Assembly: GCA_017551515.1 (NCBI GenBank)
Contig: JAFZLK010000109.1
Span: forward strand, 13,863 to 77,862
Direction of reading: 5' to 3'
Origin: Bacteroidales bacterium
GTDB lineage: Bacteria; Bacteroidota; Bacteroidia; Bacteroidales; ML635J-15
DNA: 64,000 bases
In this document: piece after piece, positions 1 through 10,469 of the stretch
How positions within the stretch are numbered: the first letter of the stretch is position 1
How the letters are laid out: each line of letters opens with the position of its first letter
Notes under the pieces: generated by a model
Database searches by the model: none
What the model saw: only the letters and a program-made list of their open reading frames with translations
What the model was told of the DNA's origin: nothing
Program-made: the position numbers and the translations under genes

Positions 1-1701
1 GGTTACAGGTCTGTACTCACCGAGGCTCCGCAAATAACTCGCGTAGTGTTGAGTACCAGAACTGGGTATAATATTATACAATGGCAAAGAATCAATAACG
101 AAAGTATTGTCGGTTATAAAATCTTTAGAGAAAATACAGAAACAAATGTATATGTTTGCATTGATAGCGTAAATCGCAATAAGGCGAGCTGCGAAGACCA
201 TACATCAGAACCATCGGCAAGGGCTTATCGATACAAAATTTGCGCTGTTGACGAATGCGGAGGCTTATCACCTATGAGCGACTTCCACAAGACCATGCAC
301 CTTACAATAAATCGCGGAGTTGGAACAAATTGGAACTTGATTTGGTCCCATTACGAAGGTTTGGAATTCAGCACTTACAAAATATGGAGGGGCACAAATC
401 CGCGCGATATGGTAGTGATTGGAGAAATACCATCCACACTTAATTCGTTCACCGATATATGGAACACATTGGAGGAAGGCATGTATTACCGCGTAGAGAT
501 ACTCCAAAGCAACAGTGCCAAAAATGAAGAATTTTCGATATCATCCAACATTGTAGCCAACGAATTTGTTGAAAGATATTCGGTTTCAGCTTTCAGCAAC
601 AATCTTAACTTTGGCACTGTGTATGGCGGCGGCACCTATCCTGCCGAACTCAATATCTCGCTTGCCGCAATACCAAACGAAGGCTACGAATTTATCTCAT
701 GGAACGATGGCAATACCGAAAATCCGCGTGTGATAACGGTAACCGAAAACGCGACTTACATCGCCTCATTTGCAGAAATACCGCCTGCAGGCAATTATAT
801 ACTAACAACTATTTCTGCAAATCCAGAACATGGTAGGGTAACAGGCGGAGGAACTTATCCTGAAGGTTCGGTTGTTCCCGTCGAAGCTATTGCCAACGAT
901 GGATACCAGTTTGTACAATGGAACGACGACAACACCGACAATCCACGCGAAATCACGGTTACGGAAAATGCGGTATATGTGGCATATTTCTCAGAAGTTC
1001 CAGCAGAACCGACATACACAATTACAGCTGTTCCTACTAATCCTGCATATGGAACCGTAACTGGCAGTGGAACATATCCTGTAGGCACAGTAGTAACAAT
1101 AGAGGCTGTTCCCAACGATGGTTACGAGTTCTTCTCTTGGAACGATGATAATACCGACAATCCACGCGAAATCACGGTTACGGAAAATGCCGTATATATT
1201 GCAAGATTCACAGAAGTTCCACCAGAACCAACCTACACGATAACTGTTATATCAGCAAATCCAAACCATGGAACAGTAACTGGCGGTGGAACATATCCCG
1301 AAGGCACAGTTGTAACCATCGAAGCTATTGCCAACGATGGATACCAGTTCTCGGAATGGGATGATGAAAACGACGACAATCCACGTCAAATAACAGTAAC
1401 TTCTGATGCAATATATGTGGCCTCATTTAATCTGGCTACAGATATTGAAGAAAACATTGTTCCAGAAATATCCCTCTACCCTAACCCGACAAACGACCTA
1501 CTCAACATCTCATCATCTGAAGAAATTTCTGAAATTGAGATTGTGAACGTTATGGGACAGGTTGTTTTGCGCAAAGAAATAAATGCGGATAAGACTGTTT
1601 GCGATGTGGAAGACTTACCGAGTGGCGTTTATTTAGTCCGCATTCACAACATTGACAAGGGAACTGAATCGTTATACCAACATAAATTTGTAAAGAAATA
1701 A
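1..1701 (+). CDS. Secreted surface protein with Listeria-Bacteroides (InlB-B-like) repeats and a T9SS type A C-terminal sorting domain; the 5' end lies outside the window
   Basis: Frame 1 has no stop from base 1 to the listed GTG at 46, so the gene starts upstream of the window. There are four ~73-aa repeats ending '...GY(E/Q)F.SWND.N.(D/E)NPR.ITVTE.A.Y.A.F'. The C-terminus 'SLYPNPTNDLLNISS...GVYLVRIHN...KFVKK' fits the Por_Secre_tail (type A CTD) pattern. Confidence 0.8.
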   Translation, partial: GYRSVLTEAPQITRVVLSTRTGYNIIQWQRINNESIVGYKIFRENTETNVYVCIDSVNRNKASCEDHTSEPSARAYRYKICAVDECGGLSPMSDFHKTMHLTINRGVGTNWNLIWSHYEGLEFSTYKIWRGTNPRDMVVIGEIPSTLNSFTDIWNTLEEGMYYRVEILQSNSAKNEEFSISSNIVANEFVERYSVSAFSNNLNFGTVYGGGTYPAELNISLAAIPNEGYEFISWNDGNTENPRVITVTENATYIASFAEIPPAGNYILTTISANPEHGRVTGGGTYPEGSVVPVEAIANDGYQFVQWNDDNTDNPREITVTENAVYVAYFSEVPAEPTYTITAVPTNPAYGTVTGSGTYPVGTVVTIEAVPNDGYEFFSWNDDNTDNPREITVTENAVYIARFTEVPPEPTYTITVISANPNHGTVTGGGTYPEGTVVTIEAIANDGYQFSEWDDENDDNPRQITVTSDAIYVASFNLATDIEENIVPEISLYPNPTNDLLNISSSEEISEIEIVNVMGQVVLRKEINADKTVCDVEDLPSGVYLVRIHNIDKGTESLYQHKFVKK

Positions 1702-1727
1702 CTATTGCATGTTTCATAACTATTAAT

Positions 1728-1735
1728 TATTTTTG
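1728..1735 (+). promoter_or_regulatory. Candidate Bacteroidota -7 promoter box (TAnnTTTG) for the 1528-aa gene
   Basis: 'TATTTTTG' matches TAnnTTTG and lies 48 nt upstream of the ATG at 1783. There is no exact TTTG at -33 (TTTC is present). Confidence 0.35.
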
Positions 1736-1782
1736 CCATGAAATTTTAACCTAATGTATAACATAAAAAAAATAACATTTAA

Positions 1783-4700
1783 ATGAAAAAGTTTACAATT
1801 TTAATCATTGCAATGCTCATAGCAATTATGGGCTTTACGCAAACAAGGCTGCTTTTCAACCCAGCATCTAATGCAAGCAAAGAAACTGCAGCGCAAACAA
1901 ACACAAGAGCCGTTACTGGCACCTTACAGCTAAGTGACCCATATTATGGCGGCAATATTGGTACTAATGGTGGCACATGTGTTGCTGCTGCAAGATTTGA
2001 ATCCAGCCAACTAACAGGTTATGTAGGACAACACATAACAAAGATTAGCGTTTACATTGCAGATGCATCGGTAATTACTGCAAGTAAGGTGGCTATCCTC
2101 ACCGGATCGACCAGTTATCCTGTTATCGCCATGCAGCAGACGTGTACATTTGTTGACGGCCTTAACATAATTGAACTCGAGACTCCTTACCAGATTCCTG
2201 CGGCAACTCCAATTATGATTGCATATGAAATTACTTCTACAGGAGGTTATCCATTAGGTACTGATGCGGGTCCTGCTGTTACAAATGGAGATCTTGTTTG
2301 TTTGGGTTCCCTTGGAAATTCTTTAGTATCCATGAGTTCCAATTATTCATTAAACTACAATTTCATAATTTCAGCTACAGTTGATATCAGACCGATTATT
2401 AATGTTAATCCAACCACTATGACATTTGTCGGTTTTACTGGCAATGCAAGCACAGAAGCACAGGAAGCTACAATACAAACACAATACATAACGTCTAACA
2501 TCAACATCAGAACAGCTGCACCATTTCAAGTTTCATCTGATAATACAAATTTTGGAGCCAGCGCTACTTTAACAGAAGACGGGTCTTTCTACGTTAGATA
2601 TATTCCTTCAAATACTGAAATTATCAATGATACAGGTTATGTAACAATATCTACACATGGTGCAGAAGACCAAACAATAGAATTGATTGCAAGCACTTAC
2701 GACTGTTCGCAAATAATTACGACTTTCCCATATGAAGAAGGTTTCGAAAACGGCATTACACCATGCTGGACATTAATTGATGCCGATGGAGATGGAAACA
2801 ATTGGGATATAACGTATGATACGACAAACACATATGTTCATGGCGGGACAAATGCTGTACTGTCAACATCATACAACGGTAGTGCTATCAATGCAAACAA
2901 CTGGATTATAACCCCCGCAATAGTAATTCCAACAACTGGATATTACAAGGCAACTTGGTATGCCAAGAACTATAGTAGTACATATCCTGATACCTATAAT
3001 GTTTATATAGGAACAGAACCGACTGTAGTAAATATGCAAGAATCCGGTCCCGTCGTTACGCACATACCAGATACAGAATGGGAAAAGAAGGATGTTTTAT
3101 TGAATGCATACGCTGGACAAACCATATATATTGGATTCAACCACAATGATTACGATGAATATTACATTTTTATTGATGACTTCTCAATAACAGAAGTCCC
3201 TGCAAACGAGATTGCTGTTTCTGACCTATATTTTGGAACAGAATCTGGCTGTGGAATAGAATCATCTACAATATCCGCAGTTGTTACGAACAATGGCGGA
3301 GCACCTCTAACATCTTTCACTGCTACATATAAGGTCAATGGCGGCGAACCTGTTTCAGAAACATTCGACGTGGACTTAACATTCCAAGAATCATACTCGT
3401 TTACTTTTACCACACCGATGACAATGGACGAAATTGGAGAATACAACGTGGTGGTCTATGTAACATTGCAGGGCGACCAAGATCACTCAAATGACACGAT
3501 ATATGGTACTATTGAAAAAATGACGCCAGAAATTGAACTTGCTTCCGTTTCACCTGACGAAGGCTCGGCATTTGCACTTAGAGGACAGTCGATAAACATC
3601 ACTGGCACTATTGTTAACAACGGTTGTTTGCTTTCAAACTATGTAGTCAGCTACAAAGTAAATGATGGAGAATTCGTTGATGACTATACAGTTTACTGCT
3701 ATGCAGAACCATACGAATACACTACTTTCACACACAATATTCCATTCACACCCGAAGCTGCAGGCGAATACACAATCACAGTAAAAGTATCTTTGCCAAA
3801 CGGTGTTGAAGATGATGCTGATGACAACGAAATGACTACAACTATCACCATGATTAGCTGTGATACTGTTACCACCTTCCCATACGTGGTTGATTTTGAA
3901 GAAGGAATACCAACTTGCTGGTACCTTATAGATTATGATGGAGATGGAAACAATTGGACGAACTTATCAACATATAACGAAGATTACTATGGCGAAGACA
4001 CAGACGAATACATATCGGGATATAACAGCGATAATGCTGCTATTTCAGTAGGATATTACTACAACAATGACAACAACTGGATGATCACACCAGCCATTAC
4101 AGTACCCGCAGAGGGAAATTACTGGGCAAGCTGGTACGAAGCTGCAATTAACTTTAGATACGATGGATCTTATTCTGTTTATATTAGTTCGGAACCGACA
4201 GTATCAAGCATGACTTCCCATGGTGCGATAAATACATATAGTAATACTTCATATGTTTGGACAAAGAAAACCATTTCATTATCAGAATACGCAGGACAGA
4301 CTATTTACATAGGATTTAAACATACAAGTAATAGCTACAATGACCCCAGAAACATTTTGATTGACGATTTCATGGTAAGCGACATACCTGATATTGACAT
4401 AGCAATCACAGATTTCGACTATGTTCCTGCGTTGGATTGTGAGTCAAGCACAATTATGGCAATCGTTGAAAACAATGGATATACACCATGGTCAGCCTGG
4501 TCTTCATTCATAGCAACATATAAGGTTAACAATTCAGCACCTGTTTCAGACACAATATATATAGGAAGAACCATATCACCCGGAGAAACATACACATTCG
4601 CATTTTCAACTCCCGTAAGATTCAATTCTGCCAATGAAGTCAACATAAAGGTATATGCAACCATGAATGGCGACAGTAATCATAGCAACGACACGATAAC

Positions 4701-6369
4701 TGGAATAGTAGAAAAGAAACTTCCAGAAATCACTCTTACTTCAATTACTCCAACCGATGATACATACCATTATGCAGAATCCATTAATATCGGAGGAACT
4801 ATTATCAACAACAGCTGCAGTCTTACAAGTTATGTAGTAAGCTACAAGATTGGTGAGGGTAATTATGTTGCCAACTACACTGTAGAATGTGACCTTTCCG
4901 AAGGTGAAACTCACTCATTTACACACAACATTCCATTCCGCCCGACAACTCCTGGCGAATACACCGTAACAGTTAAGGTTTCGCGTCCAAACGGTGTCGA
5001 AGACGATCCTTCGGACAATGAAATGACTGCAACTTTCGTTTTGAGCTGCAAGTTGACAGTACTTTCGTCAAACAACAATCAGGGTTATGTATCCGGAAGT
5101 GGCTACTATGTATTAGGTACTGAAGCTACAATTTCGGCGACAGCATACAATCATTACTATTTTTCACATTGGAACGATGGCGACACCACCAATAATCGTA
5201 CAGTAATTGTAAATGAAGAAAAAACTTACATTGCAATTTTCGCAACCGACATGCACACCATTACCGTTGAATCTGAAGACGAGGAAATGGGTACTGTAAG
5301 CGGTGAAGGAACATACGAATATGGCAGTGAAATCCAAATTTCGGCAGAACCGAATCCTGGCTATCGCTTCGTATCATGGAGTAATGGTTACTACGACAAT
5401 CCTCTCTCAGTTATGGTTTATGGCGATGCAACATATACTGCTTACTTTGAGGCTATAACCGAATATACAATAAATGTATATCCATCCAGTGAAGAATACG
5501 GAACAGCAACCGGAAGCGGCATATACAACGAAGGCGATACTATAACTATCGAAGCAATACCTGGCAATGGATATGTATTTACCACATGGAACGATGGCAA
5601 CAGATACAACCCACGCACGATTATAGTATCAAGAAATGCAAACTACATTGCTAATTTTGCTGAAGTTTCTAATGTAACAACATACACAATAACTGCTAAT
5701 TCTTCTAATAGCACATATGGAACAGTAACTGGAGGCGGAACCTATGCTGCCGGTACAATTATAACCATCACCGCAATAGCAAACGAAGGCTATCAGTTCG
5801 CATTGTGGAGCGATGAAAGCACCGAGAATCCTCGCCAGATAATGGTAACCGAAGATGCTACGTATGAGGCTATGTTTGAGGAGGAATTCACTGCTCCGAT
5901 GTACAACATAACAGTAATCTCATCGAATACTAGCCGCGGAACCGTAACTGGTAGCGGAACTTACCCGGAAGGCGCTGTTATAGAAATCGAAGCAATAGCA
6001 AACGGCGGATTTGCATTCTCATCATGGAACGATGAAAATACCGACAACCCACGCCAGATAACTGTTACCGAAGATGCTATTTATGTAGCTCTGTTTGTTC
6101 CTGCAATGGACATCGAAGAAAATATTGCTGCAGAAATATCCCTCTTCCCGAATCCTGTAACCGATATTCTTAACATCACATCTTCTGAAGAAATATCTTC
6201 AATCGAGATTGTGAATGTCATGGGACAGATTGTTACAAGAATGGATGTTAACAGCAACAATGCAGTTTGCGATGTAAACAATTTGCCAAACGGAGTATAT
6301 GTGGTACGCATCCACAACATGAACGAAGGAATAGAATCGTTCTGCCAGAAGAAATTCGTAAAAGAATAA
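1783..6369 (+). CDS. Large T9SS type A cargo protein: signal peptide, two [choice-of-anchor-J/cleaved-adhesin-like + 2x CARDB-like] modules, six Listeria-Bacteroides repeats and a CTD
   Basis: The N-terminus 'MKKFTILIIAMLIAIMGFTQ' looks like a signal peptide. 'FPYEEGFENGITPCWTLIDADGDGNNW' and 'FPYVVDFEEGIPTCWYLIDYDGDGNNW' are hallmarks of choice-of-anchor J / cleaved-adhesin domains. The 'V.NNG...' beta-sandwich segments are CARDB-like. The B-repeats follow '...GY.F..W.D....NPR.I.V...A.Y.A.F'. The C-terminus 'SLFPNPVTDILNITSS...GVYVVRIHN...KFVKE' is a type A CTD. Confidence 0.85.
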   Translation: MKKFTILIIAMLIAIMGFTQTRLLFNPASNASKETAAQTNTRAVTGTLQLSDPYYGGNIGTNGGTCVAAARFESSQLTGYVGQHITKISVYIADASVITASKVAILTGSTSYPVIAMQQTCTFVDGLNIIELETPYQIPAATPIMIAYEITSTGGYPLGTDAGPAVTNGDLVCLGSLGNSLVSMSSNYSLNYNFIISATVDIRPIINVNPTTMTFVGFTGNASTEAQEATIQTQYITSNINIRTAAPFQVSSDNTNFGASATLTEDGSFYVRYIPSNTEIINDTGYVTISTHGAEDQTIELIASTYDCSQIITTFPYEEGFENGITPCWTLIDADGDGNNWDITYDTTNTYVHGGTNAVLSTSYNGSAINANNWIITPAIVIPTTGYYKATWYAKNYSSTYPDTYNVYIGTEPTVVNMQESGPVVTHIPDTEWEKKDVLLNAYAGQTIYIGFNHNDYDEYYIFIDDFSITEVPANEIAVSDLYFGTESGCGIESSTISAVVTNNGGAPLTSFTATYKVNGGEPVSETFDVDLTFQESYSFTFTTPMTMDEIGEYNVVVYVTLQGDQDHSNDTIYGTIEKMTPEIELASVSPDEGSAFALRGQSINITGTIVNNGCLLSNYVVSYKVNDGEFVDDYTVYCYAEPYEYTTFTHNIPFTPEAAGEYTITVKVSLPNGVEDDADDNEMTTTITMISCDTVTTFPYVVDFEEGIPTCWYLIDYDGDGNNWTNLSTYNEDYYGEDTDEYISGYNSDNAAISVGYYYNNDNNWMITPAITVPAEGNYWASWYEAAINFRYDGSYSVYISSEPTVSSMTSHGAINTYSNTSYVWTKKTISLSEYAGQTIYIGFKHTSNSYNDPRNILIDDFMVSDIPDIDIAITDFDYVPALDCESSTIMAIVENNGYTPWSAWSSFIATYKVNNSAPVSDTIYIGRTISPGETYTFAFSTPVRFNSANEVNIKVYATMNGDSNHSNDTITGIVEKKLPEITLTSITPTDDTYHYAESINIGGTIINNSCSLTSYVVSYKIGEGNYVANYTVECDLSEGETHSFTHNIPFRPTTPGEYTVTVKVSRPNGVEDDPSDNEMTATFVLSCKLTVLSSNNNQGYVSGSGYYVLGTEATISATAYNHYYFSHWNDGDTTNNRTVIVNEEKTYIAIFATDMHTITVESEDEEMGTVSGEGTYEYGSEIQISAEPNPGYRFVSWSNGYYDNPLSVMVYGDATYTAYFEAITEYTINVYPSSEEYGTATGSGIYNEGDTITIEAIPGNGYVFTTWNDGNRYNPRTIIVSRNANYIANFAEVSNVTTYTITANSSNSTYGTVTGGGTYAAGTIITITAIANEGYQFALWSDESTENPRQIMVTEDATYEAMFEEEFTAPMYNITVISSNTSRGTVTGSGTYPEGAVIEIEAIANGGFAFSSWNDENTDNPRQITVTEDAIYVALFVPAMDIEENIAAEISLFPNPVTDILNITSSEEISSIEIVNVMGQIVTRMDVNSNNAVCDVNNLPNGVYVVRIHNMNEGIESFCQKKFVKE

Positions 6370-6392
6370 ACAAATTGTTTGTGGTATATTTT

Positions 6393-6417
6393 AGGGGCAG
6401 GTCTAAAACCTGCCCCT
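6393..6417 (+). terminator. Terminator-like GC-rich hairpin after the 1528-aa gene
   Basis: 'AGGGGCAGGT-ctaaa-ACCTGCCCCT' forms a 10-bp perfect stem 24 nt after the stop codon. The downstream T-tract is weak. Confidence 0.5.
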
Positions 6418-6467
6418 AATTATATCCGCACTCTCAATCTTAATAAGCAACCTTTCCTAAATTTCAT

Positions 6468-6475
6468 TATCTTTG
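6468..6475 (+). promoter_or_regulatory. Candidate -7 box (TATCTTTG) upstream of lon
   Basis: The sequence matches TAnnTTTG exactly and is identical to the boxes in front of tRNA-Asn and rsfS in this window. It lies ~70 nt upstream of the lon ATG. Confidence 0.4.
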
Positions 6476-6545
6476 GCACACGGATTGCGCATATATGGTG
6501 CGCGATTAAAAATTAAAGATTAAGTGCCATTTTGACATATTTTTT

Positions 6546-8993
6546 ATGAACAAATTTGACGACTACAGAATGATGTCCGACATGGAAGAAAACGAAAGCA
6601 TAATTCCTATTTTTACGGATGTGATAAAGAAAACTGATGATTTAAAGGACTTTCCAGAATTTCTACCGATACTTCCACTTAGGAATTCGGTGCTGTTTCC
6701 AGGAGTTGTACTGCCCATAAACATAGGCAGGGAAAAATCCTTCAAACTAATACGCAACATACAGAAAACCACAAGGATTTTCGGGGCTTTGTCGCAAGTT
6801 GACGCCGAAGTGGAAGACCCACAATTCGCAGACATGCACAAAATTGGTACTGTTGCTGAAATTTTGAAGGTGATTGAAATGCCCGACAACACAATTTCGG
6901 TGATAATACAAGGCAAATCAAGGTTTGAAATTTTGGAATACACAGGTGATGACCCTTATTTCACAGCGCGTGTACGTTACTTGCGCGAATCGCCAGAACC
7001 TCGCAACGACAACGACATGGATGCCATAATATCCTCAATAAAAGACATTTCCATAAAGATTGTCCGCATGACACAAAATGCTCCGGGCGAACTGGCATTT
7101 GCATTAAAAAACATCGACAATCCGACTTTCCTTGTAAACTACATTGCAACAAACTGCAACTGCACCAACGATGAAAAGCAGTCGCTCCTCGAAACCAACG
7201 AGCTGAAACAGAGAGCTATAAATCTTCTTCGCCTGCTCAACGAGCAGAAGCAGTTCCTCGACCTTAAGAATGAAATTCAAGGCAAGGTAAAGAAGGATAT
7301 GGACAAGCAACAGCGCGAATACCTTCTGAACCAACAGATTAAGACCATACAGGAAGAACTTGGCGGTTCCCCTTACGAAAAGGAAATTGCCGAACTGCGC
7401 GAAAAAGGCAAGAAGAAAAAATGGAGCAAGGAAATAGCCGAAGTCTTTGAGTCTGAACTGAAAAAACTCGAGCAGTTGAACCCAATGTCGGCGGAATTTT
7501 CGGTGCAGATGAACTATGTTCATGTGTTTGTCGATTTGCCATGGAACGAATACACCAAAGACAATTTCAACCTGAAACACGCACAGAAAGTCCTCGACCG
7601 CGACCATTTCGGACTGGATGAAGTGAAGGACAGAATCCTGGAGCACCTCGCTGTTCTGAAACTTAAAGGCGATTTGAAGTCCCCGATTCTCTGTCTCTAC
7701 GGCCCTCCGGGAGTGGGCAAGACATCACTTGGCAAAAGCATTGCTGATGCACTTGGCAGAAAATATGTCAGAATGTCACTTGGTGGTCTGCATGACGAAG
7801 CAGAAATCCGCGGACATCGTCGTACATATATTGGTGCAATGCCGGGAAGAATTTTGCAAAACATCAACAAAGCCAAATCATCGAACCCAGTATTTATCCT
7901 CGACGAGATTGACAAAGTAGGCAACGACTACAAGGGCGACCCCTCATCTGCATTGCTCGAAGTTCTTGACCCCGAACAGAATACCGAATTCCACGATAAT
8001 TTTATCGACCAAGAGTACGACTTGTCAAAAGTAATGTTCATCGCTACGGCAAACAACATTTCGACCATAAATCCTGCCCTTCGCGACAGAATGGAGATGA
8101 TTGAAATAAGCGGTTACATTACCGAAGAAAAGATGGAAATTGCAAAGCGTCACCTTATTCCGAAGGAGTTTGACAATCACGGAATTAAGAAATACAAAAT
8201 CAAAGTTGACGATTCTGCAATTCAGAAAATTATCGAAGACTACACTCGCGAATCAGGAGTTCGTGCCCTCGACAAGCAGATTGCAAAACTGGCTCGTCGT
8301 CTAGCAAAAGCCATCGGACTTGATGAAGAATATCCCAAGACCATCACAGCCGAGAACCTTGAAACTTTTATCGGCAAACCGCTGTATCACCGCGACATGT
8401 ACGAAGAACAGGAATATGCCGGAGTGGTCACTGGATTGGCATGGACAGCTGTCGGCGGCGAAATCCTCTACATCGAGACAAGTCTTTCGGCAGGTGACGG
8501 CAAGATGACTCTCACGGGCAACCTCGGCGATGTGATGAAAGAATCGGCAAAACTGGCAATGGAATATGTTAAGGCTCACGCTGATGTGCTTGGCATAAAA
8601 CCCGAAGTATTTGACAAGTGGAACATTCACCTGCATGTACCCGAAGGTGCAATTCCTAAGGACGGACCATCGGCTGGTATAACAATGGCAACCGCTATTG
8701 CATCTGCATACACACAGCGCAAAGTGAAGTCACATATTGCAATGACAGGCGAAATCACCCTTCGCGGAAAAGTATTGCCAGTAGGTGGCATCAAGGAAAA
8801 GATACTTGCAGCAAAACGCGCAGGAATCACCGAAATCATACTTTCGCGCGATAATGAAAAGGACATCAACGACATAAAGCCGATTTACCTCGAAGGAGTT
8901 AAGTTCCACTATGTTGACACGGTTTCCGATGTATTCAAACTCGCTATCACAGACAAAAAAGTAAAGAACGCTAAAAAACTCGACACAAAATAA
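6546..8993 (+). CDS. lon: ATP-dependent Lon protease (LonA type)
   Basis: The protein has a Lon N-terminal (LAN) domain, the Walker A motif 'GPPGVGKTS', the proteolytic-domain motif '[11 protein letters not shown]' (catalytic Ser) and 'GGIKEK' (catalytic Lys). At 815 aa its length is typical. Confidence 0.96.
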   Translation: MNKFDDYRMMSDMEENESIIPIFTDVIKKTDDLKDFPEFLPILPLRNSVLFPGVVLPINIGREKSFKLIRNIQKTTRIFGALSQVDAEVEDPQFADMHKIGTVAEILKVIEMPDNTISVIIQGKSRFEILEYTGDDPYFTARVRYLRESPEPRNDNDMDAIISSIKDISIKIVRMTQNAPGELAFALKNIDNPTFLVNYIATNCNCTNDEKQSLLETNELKQRAINLLRLLNEQKQFLDLKNEIQGKVKKDMDKQQREYLLNQQIKTIQEELGGSPYEKEIAELREKGKKKKWSKEIAEVFESELKKLEQLNPMSAEFSVQMNYVHVFVDLPWNEYTKDNFNLKHAQKVLDRDHFGLDEVKDRILEHLAVLKLKGDLKSPILCLYGPPGVGKTSLGKSIADALGRKYVRMSLGGLHDEAEIRGHRRTYIGAMPGRILQNINKAKSSNPVFILDEIDKVGNDYKGDPSSALLEVLDPEQNTEFHDNFIDQEYDLSKVMFIATANNISTINPALRDRMEMIEISGYITEEKMEIAKRHLIPKEFDNHGIKKYKIKVDDSAIQKIIEDYTRESGVRALDKQIAKLARRLAKAIGLDEEYPKTITAENLETFIGKPLYHRDMYEEQEYAGVVTGLAWTAVGGEILYIETSLSAGDGKMTLTGNLGDVMKESAKLAMEYVKAHADVLGIKPEVFDKWNIHLHVPEGAIPKDGPSAGITMATAIASAYTQRKVKSHIAMTGEITLRGKVLPVGGIKEKILAAKRAGITEIILSRDNEKDINDIKPIYLEGVKFHYVDTVSDVFKLAITDKKVKNAKKLDTK

Positions 8994-10258
8994 TGCAACG
9001 CAAACGCACCGACATAGACCTGATGGCACCAGTAGGCTCATACGAGTCGCTGATGGCTGCAATTCAGGCAGGTTCAAACTCGATATACTTTGGCATTGAA
9101 CAACTTAATATGCGTGCCCGCTCGTCAAATAACTTTACTTTCGATGACCTGCGCAACATCGTGGAAATCTGCGACAAGCACAATGTCAGAACCTACCTTA
9201 CCGTAAATACAATCATCTACGACGAGGAGATGGAGAAAATGCACAAGGTGATTGATGCAGCAGCTGAAAACCATGTCACAGCCGTGATTGCCTCCGACAT
9301 TGCAGTTATGCAATATGCTCATAGCAAAGGCGTTGAAGTTCATGCATCCACGCAGTTGAACATTTCAAACATTGAGGCGGTTGCATTTTTTGCACAATTC
9401 TGCGATGTTATGGTTACTGCTCGTGAACTCTCGCTCGACCAAGTGAAATACATAACCGAGCAGATTCGCCAGCGCGACATTCGTGGACCAAAGGGCGAAC
9501 TCGTAAAGATTGAAATTTTCTGCCACGGTGCATTGTGCATGGCGGTTTCGGGTAAATGTTATTTAAGTCTGCACGAGTACAATCATTCAGCCAACCGAGG
9601 AGCTTGCTTGCAGGCCTGCCGCAGGGCTTACCGCGTTACCGATGTCGAAAGTGGCGACGAACTCGAAATCGACAACAAGTACATCATGTCGCCAAAGGAC
9701 TTGTGTACAATTGGCTTCATAAACAAAATCATCGATGCTGGTGTAAGCGTACTGAAAATCGAAGGTCGCGCCCGCTCATGCGAATATGTCAAGACTGTTG
9801 TAGAATGCTACAACGAAGCACTGAATTCCTGCTTCGATGGAACTTACGACCGCGAAAAGATTGATAGTTGGAAGAAACGCTTGGAAACGGTGTTCAATCG
9901 TGGATTCTGGGACGGTTACTATATGGGACAACGGCTCGGCGAATGGTCGGAAGTTTACGGTTCAAGAGCAACAAAGACCAAAGTTTATCTTGGCAAGGTG
10001 CTAAATTTCTTCTCGAAGATAAATGTCGCAGAAATAAAACTCGAAACCGCCGAGGAACTGAATGTCGGTGATGAAATCCTGATAACTGGCACTACCACTG
10101 GCGCTTTGCAACAGACTGTAGATGAAATCCGCGAGGACTTGAAACCAGTGCCCAAAGTTGTACAAGGTTCGCTATTTTCGATAAAGACAAACGATGTTGT
10201 CCGCCGTGGCGACAAACTGTATAGGATTGTTGACACTCAATTTGCAAGTTGCGAGTAA
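8993..10258 (+). CDS. Peptidase U32 family protein (collagenase-like PrtC/YhbU type)
   Basis: 'EIFCHGALCMAVSGKCYLS' matches the U32 signature E-x-F-x2-G-[SA]-[LIVM]-C-x4-G-x-C-x-[LIVM]-S. The start overlaps the lon stop (TAATG), implying co-transcription. Confidence 0.9.
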   Translation: MQRKRTDIDLMAPVGSYESLMAAIQAGSNSIYFGIEQLNMRARSSNNFTFDDLRNIVEICDKHNVRTYLTVNTIIYDEEMEKMHKVIDAAAENHVTAVIASDIAVMQYAHSKGVEVHASTQLNISNIEAVAFFAQFCDVMVTARELSLDQVKYITEQIRQRDIRGPKGELVKIEIFCHGALCMAVSGKCYLSLHEYNHSANRGACLQACRRAYRVTDVESGDELEIDNKYIMSPKDLCTIGFINKIIDAGVSVLKIEGRARSCEYVKTVVECYNEALNSCFDGTYDREKIDSWKKRLETVFNRGFWDGYYMGQRLGEWSEVYGSRATKTKVYLGKVLNFFSKINVAEIKLETAEELNVGDEILITGTTTGALQQTVDEIREDLKPVPKVVQGSLFSIKTNDVVRRGDKLYRIVDTQFASCE

Positions 10259-10469
10259 TGGGAACAGCAGTATGTACTTTGAACCTAAAAGGGAGCGTCA
10301 TTCCACAAATCAGAACATACACGCGATACGAAATGGGGAGCGTTGTAATGTTCGATTGTGCGGAATCTCCTAGTGATACCGATATGAGATTCCGTACAGA
10401 CAGGCTCACAAGGCTCGTTCCTGCGCCTGTTCGCTTTGTCTTACGGAATGACAGAAAGGATAAGCAATA

